A DNA stretch of 64,000 nucleotides from Pseudoflavonifractor sp. (GTDB lineage Bacteria > Bacillota > Clostridia > Oscillospirales > Oscillospiraceae). The notes beneath the pieces are model-generated. The model searched no databases, had not been told where the DNA came from, and was given only the letters and a program-made list of their open reading frames with translations. The position numbers and the translations under genes were made by a program. Position 1 is the first letter of the stretch. Each line of letters starts with the position of its first letter. The stretch spans positions 7,771 through 71,770 of the forward strand of contig NZ_JBMNPX010000010.1 in assembly GCF_050943825.1 (NCBI RefSeq), written 5' to 3'. Shown one piece after another: positions 25,890-38,616 of this stretch.

Positions 25890-28800
25890 ATGAGACGAAC
25901 ACGGACAAGGCTTTGGGCCCTGCTGCTGAGCGTGAGCCTGCTGCTGAGCCTGCTGCCCGCCCAAGCGCTGGCGGCGGCGCTGCCGGAAGCCGGGCAGACA
26001 GTGTTCCTGCCGGTCATTGAGGAGGGGGAGGAGGCCCCTGCGCCCCAGGGCGCGGGCGGAATCTCCGCCTTTGGCCTGGTGGAAAATCAGGAAGGCTCCG
26101 AGTATGTCTATGCGGGCAGCGCGGTTATTTCCTACAACGGAAGAGCCTTCATCAAAACCCCTGACGGTGAATCCTATGTGACGGAGAAGCCGGAATCCAA
26201 CGGCATTCTTCAGCTGCTGGATGAGGAGGGCACGGCCGTGGCCTCCAGCAGGGCGCTCTCCAGCTATTACTCCGATTATGAGACGAAGCATTATTACATT
26301 TCCGGAGCGCGTTTTGATAACGCTGCGGAGCTGCCGGCGGGAAGCTACACCCTCCAGCTGGTGGCCGGAAATGTGACCTACCCCTGCACCGGCACCATGG
26401 AGATTGTGGGCGACGGGGCGCTGCTGATTTCCGATGCATACCTCGACAAGCTGTATACCGGCGCCCAGGAGCTTGATCTCCGCCTGACGGTCTATGGATT
26501 CGAGCGGGAGGAGGAGCTGGAGGGCCTGACCTTCTCCCTCATGGACGGAGACACCGTGGTGGCCCAGTCCACGGGCACATACCGGGATATCAGTGCCAAT
26601 TACGAGAGCAGCCAATGGTATCTGTGTGCCCAGATGAAGGTGGCCGAGGGGCAGAGCATCCAGAGTGGCCCCAGATACAGCCTGGCCATCCGCTACACCG
26701 GCGATAAGGTGATGGTGGACGGCGTAGGAGCCGCATCCAGCAGCGCCTCCGCCCCCAGGGCCTCCGTTGAGGGCTTCCGGGTTCTGGACCCCCAGACGGC
26801 CCGTGTGGCGGTGGAGCTGTCCTGTCTGACGGCGGGTACCGGCTATCGCGTCGCGGTCAGCAGCGACTCCCAGGGGACCAATCTGTACGCCGACCAGACC
26901 TTCACGGCGGAAAGCGACACCCAGACGGTGGAGCTGCAGCTGACAACCGGCGGCATGGTGGTGCCCATGACCGGCTACGAGAGCCTTTTGTGGGTAAAGG
27001 TCTATGCAGACGGGGATGAGTACGGCAGCACACCGCAAAGCTTCACAAATCCCTACGCCAACCTCCGCCAGGAGACGGTCTATTTTTATCCCTACGCCAT
27101 GAAACCCACCGCCAGGGACCTGGCGTTCCGGCTGGAGTACTACAACGGCTGCTCCTTCTACAAGGGGAGCGGGGACGTGCTGGAGCTGCGGGACAGCAAC
27201 GGAACCGTACTGGGCCGCTGTGAGGCGCTGACGCAGACCGTGTCAAATGGCGAACAGGGCGTCATCACCGGCACCCTGCATATCACCGGCAGCCTGGCCG
27301 TGCGGAGAACCTATTATCTCTATCTCAACGGCGTCCAGTTCAATACGGTCTACACGACGGATGAACTGTGGCTCATGAATACGATTCCTATGGTAGACTA
27401 TGGTGCTCACACCATATGGACCAACCTGGGTGAGTTCCCCATTTACACGGAGGTCCTCAATTCCGGCGGTACCGGCCGGTTCGTCTTCAAAAACGGCGAT
27501 ACCGACGTGCTGACCAGCCCGATCATCACCGGCCAGCCCAGCGGAGTTCAGGACATGCTGGTCTATGCCCACACCTTTACCGCCGGGGACTTCGGGAAAC
27601 TGACGCCCGGCACGGCCTATACCCTTGTGTTCCGGGACGGCAGCGGTACCGAGGCTCCTATCAACGACAAGGACTTCACCTATACGGCGGACAAGGTGCC
27701 CCTGGACCTGAGCAACAGCAGTCATGCATATTTTGAATGGCATGCGCTGAAGCCGGGTAAGGATACCGTGGCGGGCCGGCTCTATGTAAACAGCAGATCC
27801 TTCAGGAACATCGAAAGAGCCGATCTGGAGGCGCTCAAGTCCATCACCCTCTCCAACGGCACGGACACCTTTGCCGTCGCAAGCTATACCGCAGAGTGGA
27901 ACAGCGGAAGCTATTAGTACGATCTGACCCTCACCCTGGACAAGCCGGTCACCGCCGGAACCTATACGGCGTATCTCGACGGCAGGCAGCTTGCGGGGGG
28001 CATTTCCGTCAAACCAAATGAGACGAGCAGTCCGCGCCTGTATGGATCGGACAGTGGGGCCAACGGGTATCTGATGGGCTCCTGTCTGCCCGTGGACGCC
28101 GAGTACACCGGCAAGCTGTACAGCGGCTACACCTGCCTGACTCCGGAGGGCTTCCCCATGACGCTCCAGGGCGAGGCGGACGGCAGCACCCAGTACCTGT
28201 ACTTCAACAAGGGCGTCTTTGCCGATCGTCCCGCGGGAAGCTATGAGCTGCGGGTCTATATGGACGGCAAGGTCCTGGGCAGGAGTACCGTCACCGTGCA
28301 GGCGGAGACCAGCCCCATCATTACCCTGAACGATGAGGATGACGCCTGGGGGGATGACAGCGGCGATCCCGTCATGCACGCCGAGGAGGTGCGGATCGAG
28401 GGCGTCAACATGGGCGCGTACGGCTATCTGCGCTGGGCCGAGACCCGGGAGGCTCTGGCGGAAGAGCGCTTCCAACCCTATTTTGCAAACCGCTACTACG
28501 CACATACCTTTGAGGGTGAGGACGGCCCCCGCACGCTGTATGTGGAGCTTTCCAAGAGCGGAAAGAGCGGCGACAGCGAGAATCTGACCTACACCTTCAA
28601 CCTGTGGCTGTGTATTGCCAGGGACTACGATGTCCGGGTGCCCGAGCGCGTCCAGGGCGTTCAGTCCGCGGACAGCCAGTACACCATCACCGCCACCACC
28701 TCTCTGCCGGCTACCCGGCTGTGGGTGTCCTTCTACGACGCCGACGGCAGGCATGCCAGCCAGCAGATGGGCTATGTGGGTCCCACTGAGGACGGGCGGT

Positions 28801-31800
28801 ACGAATTCAGCCTGACCTTCAACCCCAGGTCCGACTTCTGGGATTCCCAGTCCTATGGCGGCAGCTTTTACTATGAGAACACCCAGTCCATCCGGGTGTT
28901 TGCCGTCGACATGAGCAACGAATACCAAGATAACGAAGCGTACCGGGGCGTGGTTATGGGCGAGCCGGTGGAGCGGATTCTGGTGTTCGGCAATCCGGAC
29001 AATGTGATTCTGCCCCAGTTTGCCAATGGCGGCGTCCTGATCAACCAGACCAGCTATACGCTCTTTGGCTATGCCTCGCCCAACGGCAGCGTCACAATCA
29101 CCGAGCAGGGCGAGACGCTGGCCACGGCGCAGACCAACGAGTACGGCTATTTCAGCGCAAGCCTGACCGGCCTTTCTGAAGGGTCCCACACCCTGACCGT
29201 GGCCGACGACAGCGGAGCCGTGGGCAGCAGGACGGTCTATCTGACGGTGGATACCACCCCGCCCACGGTCAGCGATGTGACCTTCACCTTCCTGGAGGAC
29301 AATGCCGCCGTGCTCCACTGGACGTGCAGCGACAAGGATGTGGACTATTTCCAGATCTACAAGAATGACGTTCCTCTGGGCAGGGCAGAGGCCGGCTCCA
29401 CCTCCTACAATGTGGCGGCGTCGGCGGACGACGGCAACCGCTTTACCATTGAGGCGGTGGACCTGGCGGGCAACAAGTCCCAGAAGACCGTCTCCACTGC
29501 CGACCAGGAGCCGCCCACCGCGCCGGAGTCCCTGACGGTCACCGGCCGCACCACCACCACCGTGACCCTGAGCTGGACGGCAGGTACCGATAATATGGGT
29601 GTGGCGGGCTACAATGTCCTGATGAACGGCGAACTGGTGGAGCAGCTGACCGGCGACAATACCACTTATACGGTCACCGGTCTGCAGCATAAAACGAAAT
29701 ACACCTTTACCGTGCAGACCCGGGACAAGGCGGGCAACACCTCGGTCAACTCTCCCGCCGCAGAGACCAGCACCGCGGAGCTGAGCATTGCCGACGATCT
29801 CCAGAGCAGCTACACGGTCCGGGGAAGCGGCGCTGTGATGTCCATTCCTCTGACGGTGACCGCGGTCTCCGACGTGGAGGAATACACGCCCACCCTGCAG
29901 CAGGTGACCCTTCAGTATCAGACCGGCGGCGAGACCCCCGGTATCTGGCAGAACGGCGACCTGACGGTGGATTACAGCGGCGACCGGGCCACGGTCACAT
30001 GGGCCGCGCCGGTGGACGCGGACCATCTCCCCATACAGTACAATGTCCGCATGAGTATCACCGACAGCGAGGGCGCCCATGCCATGGGCCAGACCAGAAC
30101 GGTGAATCTCGTGGAGGGCCGCGTGACCTTTACGGTGGAGGACAGCAATACCATCGCCCCCATCTCCGGCGCCGCGGTGGCCCTCTATCAGGACGGCGCG
30201 CTGAAGGCATCGGCCACCACGGACCAGCGGGGCGTGGCCAAGCTGGATGTGCCCGACGGTACTTACAGCGTAATGGTTCTGGCCGACGGCTATCAGCCCC
30301 GCCGGATTCCCAATCTGGCCATCTCGGAGAACAAAAAGACCTTCACCATCCCCATGAGCACCGAGGATATTCTCCAGGTGGAGACCACCGTCAAGGAGAT
30401 GACCTATGACGACATGGTGGCGGCCGGCATCGACCCCAACGCCCCCGGCAACAGCCATGTGTTTGAGAGCACGGTGATTCTGGACTTTGTGGAGGTGAAA
30501 TACTACTACAACGACGACGGCCAGGTGGTCAAGGGCGACCCGGCTCCCTTTGAGGACGGCGTCCTCTATCCCGTGGCCAAGGATATCTTCCTGATTGTAC
30601 CCTCCCGGGTCACCTGGCTCAAGGAGATGTTCGACGTCCAGCTGCTGGTGACCAACACCTCCGCCATGGAGACTGTGGAGAACTGCACCGCCCAGCTGAA
30701 CCTGCCTGCCGGCCTGTCCCTGGCCGACATGATGGAGGGACAGCAGTCCGCCACGGTGGAGCTGGGCGACATCGCCCCCTCCGGCGCGGCCGTCCACCAC
30801 TGGTATGTGCGGGGCGATACCGAAGGCGACTACACCCTGAGCGGAACCGTCACCGGCACCCGTACCTCCGAGGACGTTGAGGAGCCCATGGCGGTTGGCT
30901 TCACCACCAGAGACCCCATCAGCGTTCTGGCCGGCGACGCCATGAAGATGACCATCACGGCGGAAAGGACTGCCGTCACCGGTCAGCCCTACCGGATGCG
31001 CTATGAACTGCGCAATGTGTCCGGCAAGTCCCTCTACAACGTGAACTTTGAGGTGTTCGGCGGTACCTTCCGCCAGGCCTATACCATCGACGAGGTCCTG
31101 GCCTCCTACGACCTGAAGGGCCCCTTCCAGCCGGACGCCGGTACCGGTGCGCTGAAAAACGGCTTTACCCTCAGCGCCCAGGAGTTCAAACCCACCGAGG
31201 TTCTGGCCGGTACCTTTACCATCACCTTTGCCGAAGGACTGGACCTGTCCGACGGCATCGAGTACATGCTCAAGCGGGTGTTCCTGTTCACCGGCGCGGG
31301 CAGCACCACGGAGATTCCCGTGGAAATCAAACTGGTGGACAGCCTGGATGACGCCCATACCCATGAGTACGACAAGGGCGTTGTGACCAAGGAGGCCACC
31401 TGTACGGAAAAGGGCGTCATGACCTACACCTGTACGGTGGAAGGCTGCAAGGACACCCTGACTGTTGAGATTCCCGCTCTGGGCCACGATATGGGGGAGT
31501 GGACCATCACCAAGGAGGCCGCCTGTACGGAGACCGGCACCGCCGAGAGCAAGTGCACCAGATGCGATTACACCGAATCCATGACCCTGAGCGTGCTGGG
31601 CCACAGCTTCTCCGAGGATTGGACAACGGATGTGGAGCCCACCTGTACCGAGGCCGGTTCCAAGTCCCACCACTGCACCCGCTGTGACGCCAAGACCGAC
31701 GTGACCGAAATCCCTGCCACCGGACACACCTCCACGGAGAGTGACTGCACCAAGGACGATATCTGCTCTGTCTGTCACCAGGTGATCCGCAAGGCCGGTC

Positions 31801-34577
31801 AGCACGTCTGGGGTGAGCCGGACGTCACCAAGGAGGCCACCTGTACCGAGGCAGGCTCCCAGACGCTCACCTGTACCAGCTGCGGCGCCCAGGAGATTCA
31901 GGAGATTCCCGCCCTGAACCACGACTATCAGGATACTGTCACCCAGCCCACCTGCACCGAGCAGGGCTATACCACCCATACCTGTTCCCGCTGTGATGAC
32001 AGCTATGTGGACGCCTATGTAGACCTTCTGGGCCACGACTGGGGCGAGTGGGAGGTCACCAAGCCCGCCACCGAAACCGAGGACGGCTCCCAGACCCGCA
32101 CCTGCAAGCGCTGCGGCGCCACCGAGACCGAGACCATCTCCAAGTGGCCCAAGCAGGAGCTTTGGATTCCTGCGTCCTCCGTCACAAGAACCTACGGTTC
32201 GGAGGATGTGTACAACGAGGCCAAGAACCTGTCTGAGAGCGGCGGCGCGCTGACCTATACCAGCGCCGATCCCGGCGTGGCGGTGGTGGATGCAGCCAGC
32301 GGCAGGGTCACCATCAAGGGCGCCGGTACCACCACCATCACCGTCACGGCGGCCACTGTGCCCGGCAAATACGCCCAGACCTCCGTCAGCTACGAGCTGA
32401 TCATCAACAAGGCACCGCTCACCATCCGTGCCGACGATGCCGCCGTGGTCTATGGCCAGGCCGCCCCTGCCTTTGGCTGGACAGCTGAAGGCTGGCAGTA
32501 TGAGGAAGATGAGAGTGTCCTCACCGGCCAGGCCGTATATGACTGCGGCTATCAGGCCCTGGATGCTGTGGGCGCGTATCCCATCGCAGTTTCCGGCCTG
32601 ACGTCCAAAAACTACGACATTACCTTTGAAAACGGCACGCTGACGGTCTCCAGGGCGGAAGACTACACCATCACCCTGGGCAATCTGGAGCAGCTGGCGG
32701 GCCATACCTCGGCTGTCACCGCTGCCGTTACCCCCTATGACAACACGGCCGTGATTTCCGTGGAGTACCTGGTGGACGAGGTGTGGACCGATACCGTTCC
32801 CTCTGAGGCCGGCACCTACTCCGTCCGGGCGGCTCTGACCGCAAGCAGCAACCTGGCGGCAGATCCCGCGGACTACACCGAGGGCACACTGACGGTCAAG
32901 CAGGGCGTGACCGTGGACACCGGCGACGGAACGGAAAACGTGGACGTGGCGGTGGATGTGGAGGACGGAACCGCTCATATCACCATTCCGGAAGACGATA
33001 TTGCCAAGATTGCCGGGAATGCCAACGGAACGGTGTCCATCGACCTGGGCGGCGCATCCGGTGTGGATGAGCTGGTGCTGCCCGGCAGCCTGGTCAGCGA
33101 GCTGAGCAAGAGCGAAAACGCCGACGGTCTGACCGTCTCCACCGAGGATGCCTCCATCACCATGAGCGATTCTGTTCTGGACACGGTGGCCGATGCGATC
33201 ACCAGCGGAGAGGATACCATTTCCGTGGTCCTCAAGAGCGTGGACGAAGCGGACCTGACCGAGGCCCAGAAAGAGGCGCTGGAGAGCATCCCCAATGAGG
33301 CCAAGGTGGTGGACGTCTCCATCGTTGTCACCCATCCCGACGGAAGCCGGGATGTGCTCCATGAGCTGGGCGGCGACGTGACCATCACCGTCCCCTATGA
33401 CCAGGTGCCCGAGATTGTGAACGGCAAGTATGTGGTGGCCTGCCACGTCTCCGACAACGGCGTCATCACCTATCTGTTCGCCACCTGCGATGAAGAAAAC
33501 CGCACCATCACCTTCACCACCAACCACCTGTCCAACTATGCCGTCTTTGTCAGCGAGAAACCCGCTGTGATTGTCACGGACGGCAGTGGCTCCGGCCTGT
33601 ATGAGGTGGGCGCCACCGTCACCATCACCGCCGGCAGCAAGAGCGGCTATACCTTCAGCGGCTGGACGGTCGTCTCCGGCGATGTGACCCTTGCCGATGC
33701 CAACGCGGCCGAGACCACCTTCACCATGCCCGCCGGTCAGGTGGAGGTGAAGGCCAATTACAGCGTAAACTCTTCCGGCGGCACTGTAACGCCCAGCTAT
33801 TCCGTCTCCGTGGCAGATACCGAAAACGGAACTGTCACCGCACAGCCCCAGAGAGCCGCCAAGGGTGCTGTCGTGACCCTGACCGTGAAGCCGGACCAGG
33901 GTTACAAGCTGGACACGCTGACCGTTACCGACCAGAGCGGCAGAGAAATTCCTGTCGCGGAGCAGGACGGCAAGTACACCTTTACCATGCCCGCCTCCAA
34001 GGTTACGGTCAAGGCCACCTTCATCAAGAGCGAGCAGACCGGGGAGACGGTATTTACCGATGTCCCTGCCGGCGCTTACTATGCGGAGGCCGTGAAGTGG
34101 GCCGTCGCCCAGGGCGTCACCACCGGCACCGGCGCGGCCACATTCAGCCCCGATATGGCCTGCACCCGTGCTCAGGTGGTCACCTTCCTGTGGCGCGCTG
34201 CCGGCAGCCCCGTGGAGGACGATGGGGACATGAGCTTCACCGATGTGCCCGCAGATGCTTACTATACCCAGGCTGTCCGCTGGGCGGTTGCCCAGGGCAT
34301 CACCACCGGCACCGGCGCTGCCACGTTCAGCCCCGACGCGGTCTGCACCCGCGCACAGATCGCCGTGTTCCTGTACCGGGCAAACGGTTCGAAAGCGCCG
34401 GATACCAGGGACAACCCGTTCAGCGACGTGGCGGAGGGCAGCTACTACTATGACGCGGTGCTGTGGGCGGTGGAGAACGGCGTCACCACCGGCACCGGCG
34501 CGGCCGCGTTCAGCCCCGATGTGGTCTGCACCCGCGCACAGATTGTCACCTTCCTGTTCCGGGCGATGAGCAAGTAA
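25890..34577 (+). pseudogene. Giant (~2895-codon) SLH-anchored surface protein/adhesin interrupted by one in-frame TAG at 27915-27917
   Basis: ORFs 25527-27917 and 28074-34577 share a frame. The 52 codons between them are open and protein-like (YDLTLTLDKPVTAGTY...). Domains: signal peptide, Ig-like, FnIII (PPTAPESL...LSW), carboxypeptidase-regulatory-like, Cys-rich CTExG repeats, MBG-like, InlB-B-like and three SLH. Confidence 0.85.
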
Positions 34578-34598
34578 GCGCAGATGTCCGGAAAATAG

Positions 34599-34648
34599 CA
34601 CAAACAGCAGGACGGCGGTTCATTCGAACCGCCGTCCTGCTGTTTGTG
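34599..34648. terminator. Bidirectional terminator
   Basis: Inverted repeat of about 23 bp: cacaaacagcaggacggcggttc / gaaccgccgtcctgctgtttgtg. Confidence 0.8.
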
Positions 34649-34730
34649 GGGAAAACCAATAGAATGGAGCGCCGGCATCCGTGCCGAAGGCGCGCGAATC
34701 AGGCGGAAAACGCCCCGGAAGGAGGGAGGC

Positions 34731-35624
34731 TTACCCGCCGGTCAGCTCCAGCACGGCCCGGATGCTGCCGTCCACACAGTTGTACCAGAAATAGCCGTCG
34801 TGCCGCTGGCCGTCCTGGCCGGTGAAGGTGTAGTAAATCAGCATGGACTGGCTGTCCAGCCCCCACTGGAGAAACTGAAAGTCAATGTCCGGCTGTCCAT
34901 CCGTCTCCGTCCAGCCGTACTGGTTCAGGTCGCTGTTCTGCGCCATGGCCGAGGCCAGTTGGACGGGCAGGTTGTGCTCCGAGCTGTACTCCAGCAAGGC
35001 CAGGGCCAGATAGGTCCTGCCGCCGTAGTCCAGGGCCAGGACGTATTTGGAGCTGTCCGGCGCCCACCAGAGCCCCTGGAAGGCGTGGTCGCCGTAGGTG
35101 ATGAACAGTTTTACGCCGTTGTCGTGCCGGACGATGAGGGACGTGGCGTCCGCCAGCCCAAAGCCGCCGGAGACCAGGTCCTTGCTGTACACTGTGACCT
35201 CCTCGCTCCCGTCGGGGGAGGTGCTTCTGGCCACCACAAAGAGCGCGCCGCTCCGCCACAGGGCAGTCCCGCCCAGCACCAGCACCAGGACCACAGCCGC
35301 CGTGGCCAGCAGCCACCAGCGCCGGGTGAGCCTGACCCGGCGGCGCACCTGCTGGATGGAGTAGTGGAGCACGTCCCTGGTGCGGGCCTCCTCCTGACTG
35401 TCCGCCGCCCTGGCTGTCCGCTCCCCGGCCATCAGGTCCAGGACGGAGCAGCCCAGCGCCTCCGCCAGGGGCTCCAGCAGGGAGATCTCCGGCGCGCACA
35501 GACCCCGCTCCCACTTGGACACGGCCCGGTCCGTGATATGGAGCCTGTCCGCCAGCTCCTTCTGGGTCATGCCCCTCTCCTTGCGCAGGTCCCTGATAAA
35601 TTGTCCGGTTTTCATGTTGTCCAT
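34731..35624 (-). CDS. XRE-family HTH regulator fused to a TM helix and an extracytoplasmic domain
   Basis: LRKERGMTQKELADRLHITDRAVSKWERG; one TM segment; RBS AGGAGG. Confidence 0.88.
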   Translation of the reverse strand: MDNMKTGQFIRDLRKERGMTQKELADRLHITDRAVSKWERGLCAPEISLLEPLAEALGCSVLDLMAGERTARAADSQEEARTRDVLHYSIQQVRRRVRLTRRWWLLATAAVVLVLVLGGTALWRSGALFVVARSTSPDGSEEVTVYSKDLVSGGFGLADATSLIVRHDNGVKLFITYGDHAFQGLWWAPDSSKYVLALDYGGRTYLALALLEYSSEHNLPVQLASAMAQNSDLNQYGWTETDGQPDIDFQFLQWGLDSQSMLIYYTFTGQDGQRHDGYFWYNCVDGSIRAVLELTGG

Positions 35625-35821
35625 GGCTGTACCTCCTGTGTGCCGGTACCTATATTATAAGGGATGGGCGGGAGAAAAGCACCAAACCAGCGGTTGAGTT
35701 TGACGGCCCGGCGACAAAATCCACGTTGCGCCCGGCGGGAAATTCGTTTACAATAATGTCTGCAATGTCTGCCGCGTCCGGTGAGACCGCGGCCTGAAAT
35801 CCAGACTGGAAGTGGAAAAGC

Positions 35822-36952
35822 ATGAACGAAAAAGAAATCGCGGAAATCCGCCGCCGTTTTCGTCCCGACAAGACCAGCATCACCCATGTGCGGGGCTGCT
35901 ATGTCAACGAGCTGGGAGAGATTGTGGCCCGGTTCAACCAATCCCTGGCCCTGATGAGCCAGGAGGAGAGCGAGAAATTCCTGGGCATCCTCAAGCGCAC
36001 CCTGTCGGGCACTTTGGGGAAGAACCTGATGGACATTGAATTCACCACCCGGCAGGTGGCGGAGGGGGAGGAGCACAAGCTGCTCATGGCCCTGCGCAGC
36101 TCGGGCCTGAAGGACGAGGAGGCGGTGCAGGCCTTCTTCCAGAAGGTCATCGGCTCCCTGACCATCGAGGGCAACTATCTGATTCTCCTGGCCCACGACG
36201 CCTACGACGTCCCCTACCGGGCCAAGGACGGGGAGGAGATGGAGGACAGCTCCGAGCAGGTCTACTCCTACATCCTGTGCAGCGTCTGCCCGGTGAAGCA
36301 GACCAAGCCCGCCCTGAGCTACCACGTGCGGGAGAACGAGTTCCGCAACCGGACCGCAGACTGGCTGGTGTCCGCCCCCGAGCTGGGGTTCCTGTTCCCA
36401 GCCTTTGACGACCGCAGCACCAACCTCTACAACGCCCTCTACTACAACAAGGACATCAAGGAGAACCACAAGGACTTTGTGGACGCGGTGTTCCGCGCCG
36501 AGATTCCCATGCCGGCTGCCGCCCAGAAGGAGACCTTCCAGTCCATCCTGGGGGACGCCCTGGCCGAGGACTGCCGCTTCGACGTGGTGCAGGCGGTGCA
36601 GGACCAGCTGTGCGGCCTTATCGAGGAGCACAAGGCCAGCCACGAGGAGGAGCCCCTGGTGGTGTCCAAGGGCACGGTGAAGAGCGTGCTCCGGTCCTGC
36701 GGCGTGGCCGACTCCCACGTGGAGGCCTTTGACGCCAAGTACGACGGCGCGTTCGGCGACGACACCAGGCTCAGCCCCCGCAACCTGGTGGACACCCGCC
36801 AGCTGGAGGTGCGTACCCCCGACGTGGTCATCAAGGTGGCCCCCGACCGGGGCGACCTGGTGGAGACCCGGGTCATCGACGGCAAGAAGTACATCCTCAT
36901 CCGAGCTGACGAGGGCGTGGAGGTCAACGGCGTGGGCATCCACATCGACTGA
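35822..36952 (+). CDS. DUF4317-family protein
   Basis: MNEKEIAEIRRRF and FLFPAFDDRSTN family motifs. Promoter TTGCGC-17-TACAAT at 35726-35754. Confidence 0.85.
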   Translation: MNEKEIAEIRRRFRPDKTSITHVRGCYVNELGEIVARFNQSLALMSQEESEKFLGILKRTLSGTLGKNLMDIEFTTRQVAEGEEHKLLMALRSSGLKDEEAVQAFFQKVIGSLTIEGNYLILLAHDAYDVPYRAKDGEEMEDSSEQVYSYILCSVCPVKQTKPALSYHVRENEFRNRTADWLVSAPELGFLFPAFDDRSTNLYNALYYNKDIKENHKDFVDAVFRAEIPMPAAAQKETFQSILGDALAEDCRFDVVQAVQDQLCGLIEEHKASHEEEPLVVSKGTVKSVLRSCGVADSHVEAFDAKYDGAFGDDTRLSPRNLVDTRQLEVRTPDVVIKVAPDRGDLVETRVIDGKKYILIRADEGVEVNGVGIHID

Positions 36953-37090
36953 CCGGGCTGAAAAACTGTAAGGCAGAATTACATTACATAGGCTGCAATC
37001 ACAAGCATATATTGAAAAACAAAGCCGCTGGTCACTGTGAAGGGAAAACCTTTACAGTGACCAGCGGCATTTTATCGTTTGACGACCCTC

Positions 37091-38584
37091 TTACACCTGC
37101 TCCAGGAAGCGGAGGAAGGCGGCGCGGCCCTCGTCGGTGCGCTTGTACACACCGGCGTGCTCCAGGACGGTGGCAAAGACCTTGCCGGTCTCCTGCTTGA
37201 CAATGTCCAGGGCGTTGTCGGCGGTGATGGTGTAGCTGCCCTTGAAGCCCTCGGCCCAGTCAGCGTGCTTGGCGGTGCGCTCGTCGGCGCGCAGGTCGGC
37301 GCCGGAGGCCAGGGCGTCGGCCACGGCGGTCAGCTCCTCCTTCAGGCGGGCGGGGAGCACGGCCAGACCCATGACCTCGATGAGGCCGATGTTCTCCTTC
37401 TTGATGTGGTGGAGCTCGGCGTGGGGGTGGTACACGCCCAGGGGGTGCTCCTCAGTGGTGATGTTGTTGCGCAGCACCAGGTCCAGCTCATAGCGGCCGT
37501 CCCGCATGCGGGCGATGGGGGTGATGGTGTTGTGGGGCACACCCTCGGTCTCGGCGAAGATGAAGGCGGCCTCGTCGGTGTAGCCGCGCCAGGAGGCCAG
37601 GATGCGGTCGGCCAGGTCCACCAGCCGCTCCGGGTTGCCGCAGGAGATGCGGATGACCGACATGGGCCACTTGACGATGCCGGCCTTGACGTCGGCAAAG
37701 CCGGGGAAGGTGAACTCCTGCTCAATGGGGGCCTTGGCCATGGCGAAGGTGTAGTGGCCGCCCTGGAAGTGGTCGTGGGCCAGGATGGAGCCGCCCACGA
37801 TGGGCAGGTCGGCGTTGGAGCCCACGAAGTAGTGGGGGAACTGGCCCACAAAGTCCAGCAGCTTGGCGAAGCAGGCCCGGTCAATCTTCATGGGGGTGTG
37901 CTCGCTGTTGAGGCAGATGCAGTGCTCGTTGTAGTAGACGTAGGGGGAGTACTGCAGGAACCAGGGGGAGTTGTTGATGGTGATGGGCACGATGCGGTGG
38001 TTCTCACGGGCGGGGTGGTTGACCCGGCCGGCGTAGCCCTCGTTCTCGGCGCACAGCTGGCAGCGGGGATAGGCGGAGGCGGGCAGGTTGCGGGCGGCGG
38101 CGATGGCCTTGGGGTCCTTCTCCGGCTTGGAGAGGTTGATGGTGATATCCAGGTCGCCGTACTCGGTGGGGGTGACCCACTTCATGTCCTTGGCAATCCG
38201 GTCCCGGCGGATGTAGTTGGTGTCCTGGCTGAACTGGTAGTACCAGTCGGTGGCCTTCTGGGGACTCTGGGCGTAGAGGGTCTTGAACTTCTCCACCACC
38301 TGGGCGGGGCGGGGGGTGAGACGGCCCATGAGCATGGTGTCGAACAGGTCACGGTAGACCACGGAGTCCTCGGGCAGTACGCCACGGGCGTGGGCGTCGT
38401 CCATCAGCTCGCCCAGCACGGCGGCCAGGTCGATGTCCCCGGACACGGGGGTCTCGGGGGCGGTGTAGCTGTCCAGCTTGAGGGCCTCCAGCAGGGTGTT
38501 CACGGCCCAGTTCCGCTCGCAGGGCTCAATCAGGCCGGTGCGCTCGGCGTAGGCCACCAGGCTTGCAATGGCGGTGTCGATCAT
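37091..38584 (-). CDS. galT: Galactose-1-phosphate uridylyltransferase (type II)
   Basis: ITINLSKPEKDP, YPRCQLC, ILAHDHFQGG, KKENIGLIEVMGLAVLP. ATG at 38584 with RBS GAGGT. Confidence 0.96.
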   Translation of the reverse strand: MIDTAIASLVAYAERTGLIEPCERNWAVNTLLEALKLDSYTAPETPVSGDIDLAAVLGELMDDAHARGVLPEDSVVYRDLFDTMLMGRLTPRPAQVVEKFKTLYAQSPQKATDWYYQFSQDTNYIRRDRIAKDMKWVTPTEYGDLDITINLSKPEKDPKAIAAARNLPASAYPRCQLCAENEGYAGRVNHPARENHRIVPITINNSPWFLQYSPYVYYNEHCICLNSEHTPMKIDRACFAKLLDFVGQFPHYFVGSNADLPIVGGSILAHDHFQGGHYTFAMAKAPIEQEFTFPGFADVKAGIVKWPMSVIRISCGNPERLVDLADRILASWRGYTDEAAFIFAETEGVPHNTITPIARMRDGRYELDLVLRNNITTEEHPLGVYHPHAELHHIKKENIGLIEVMGLAVLPARLKEELTAVADALASGADLRADERTAKHADWAEGFKGSYTITADNALDIVKQETGKVFATVLEHAGVYKRTDEGRAAFLRFLEQV

Positions 38585-38616
38585 GTCTATCAACCTCACA
38601 TTTTATTGTTGGCCCG

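Noticed and set aside
27915-27917. Pyrrolysine or recoded-TAG read-through
   Set aside because: No pyl genes or tRNA-Pyl in the window. TAG is used as a normal stop elsewhere (ORF ending at 20175; radical SAM stop 47333-47335).
27243-34601. 2452-aa minus-strand ORF
   Set aside because: Antisense shadow of the giant SLH gene. GC-rich codon bias suppresses stops on the opposite strand, and the translation has no domain motifs.
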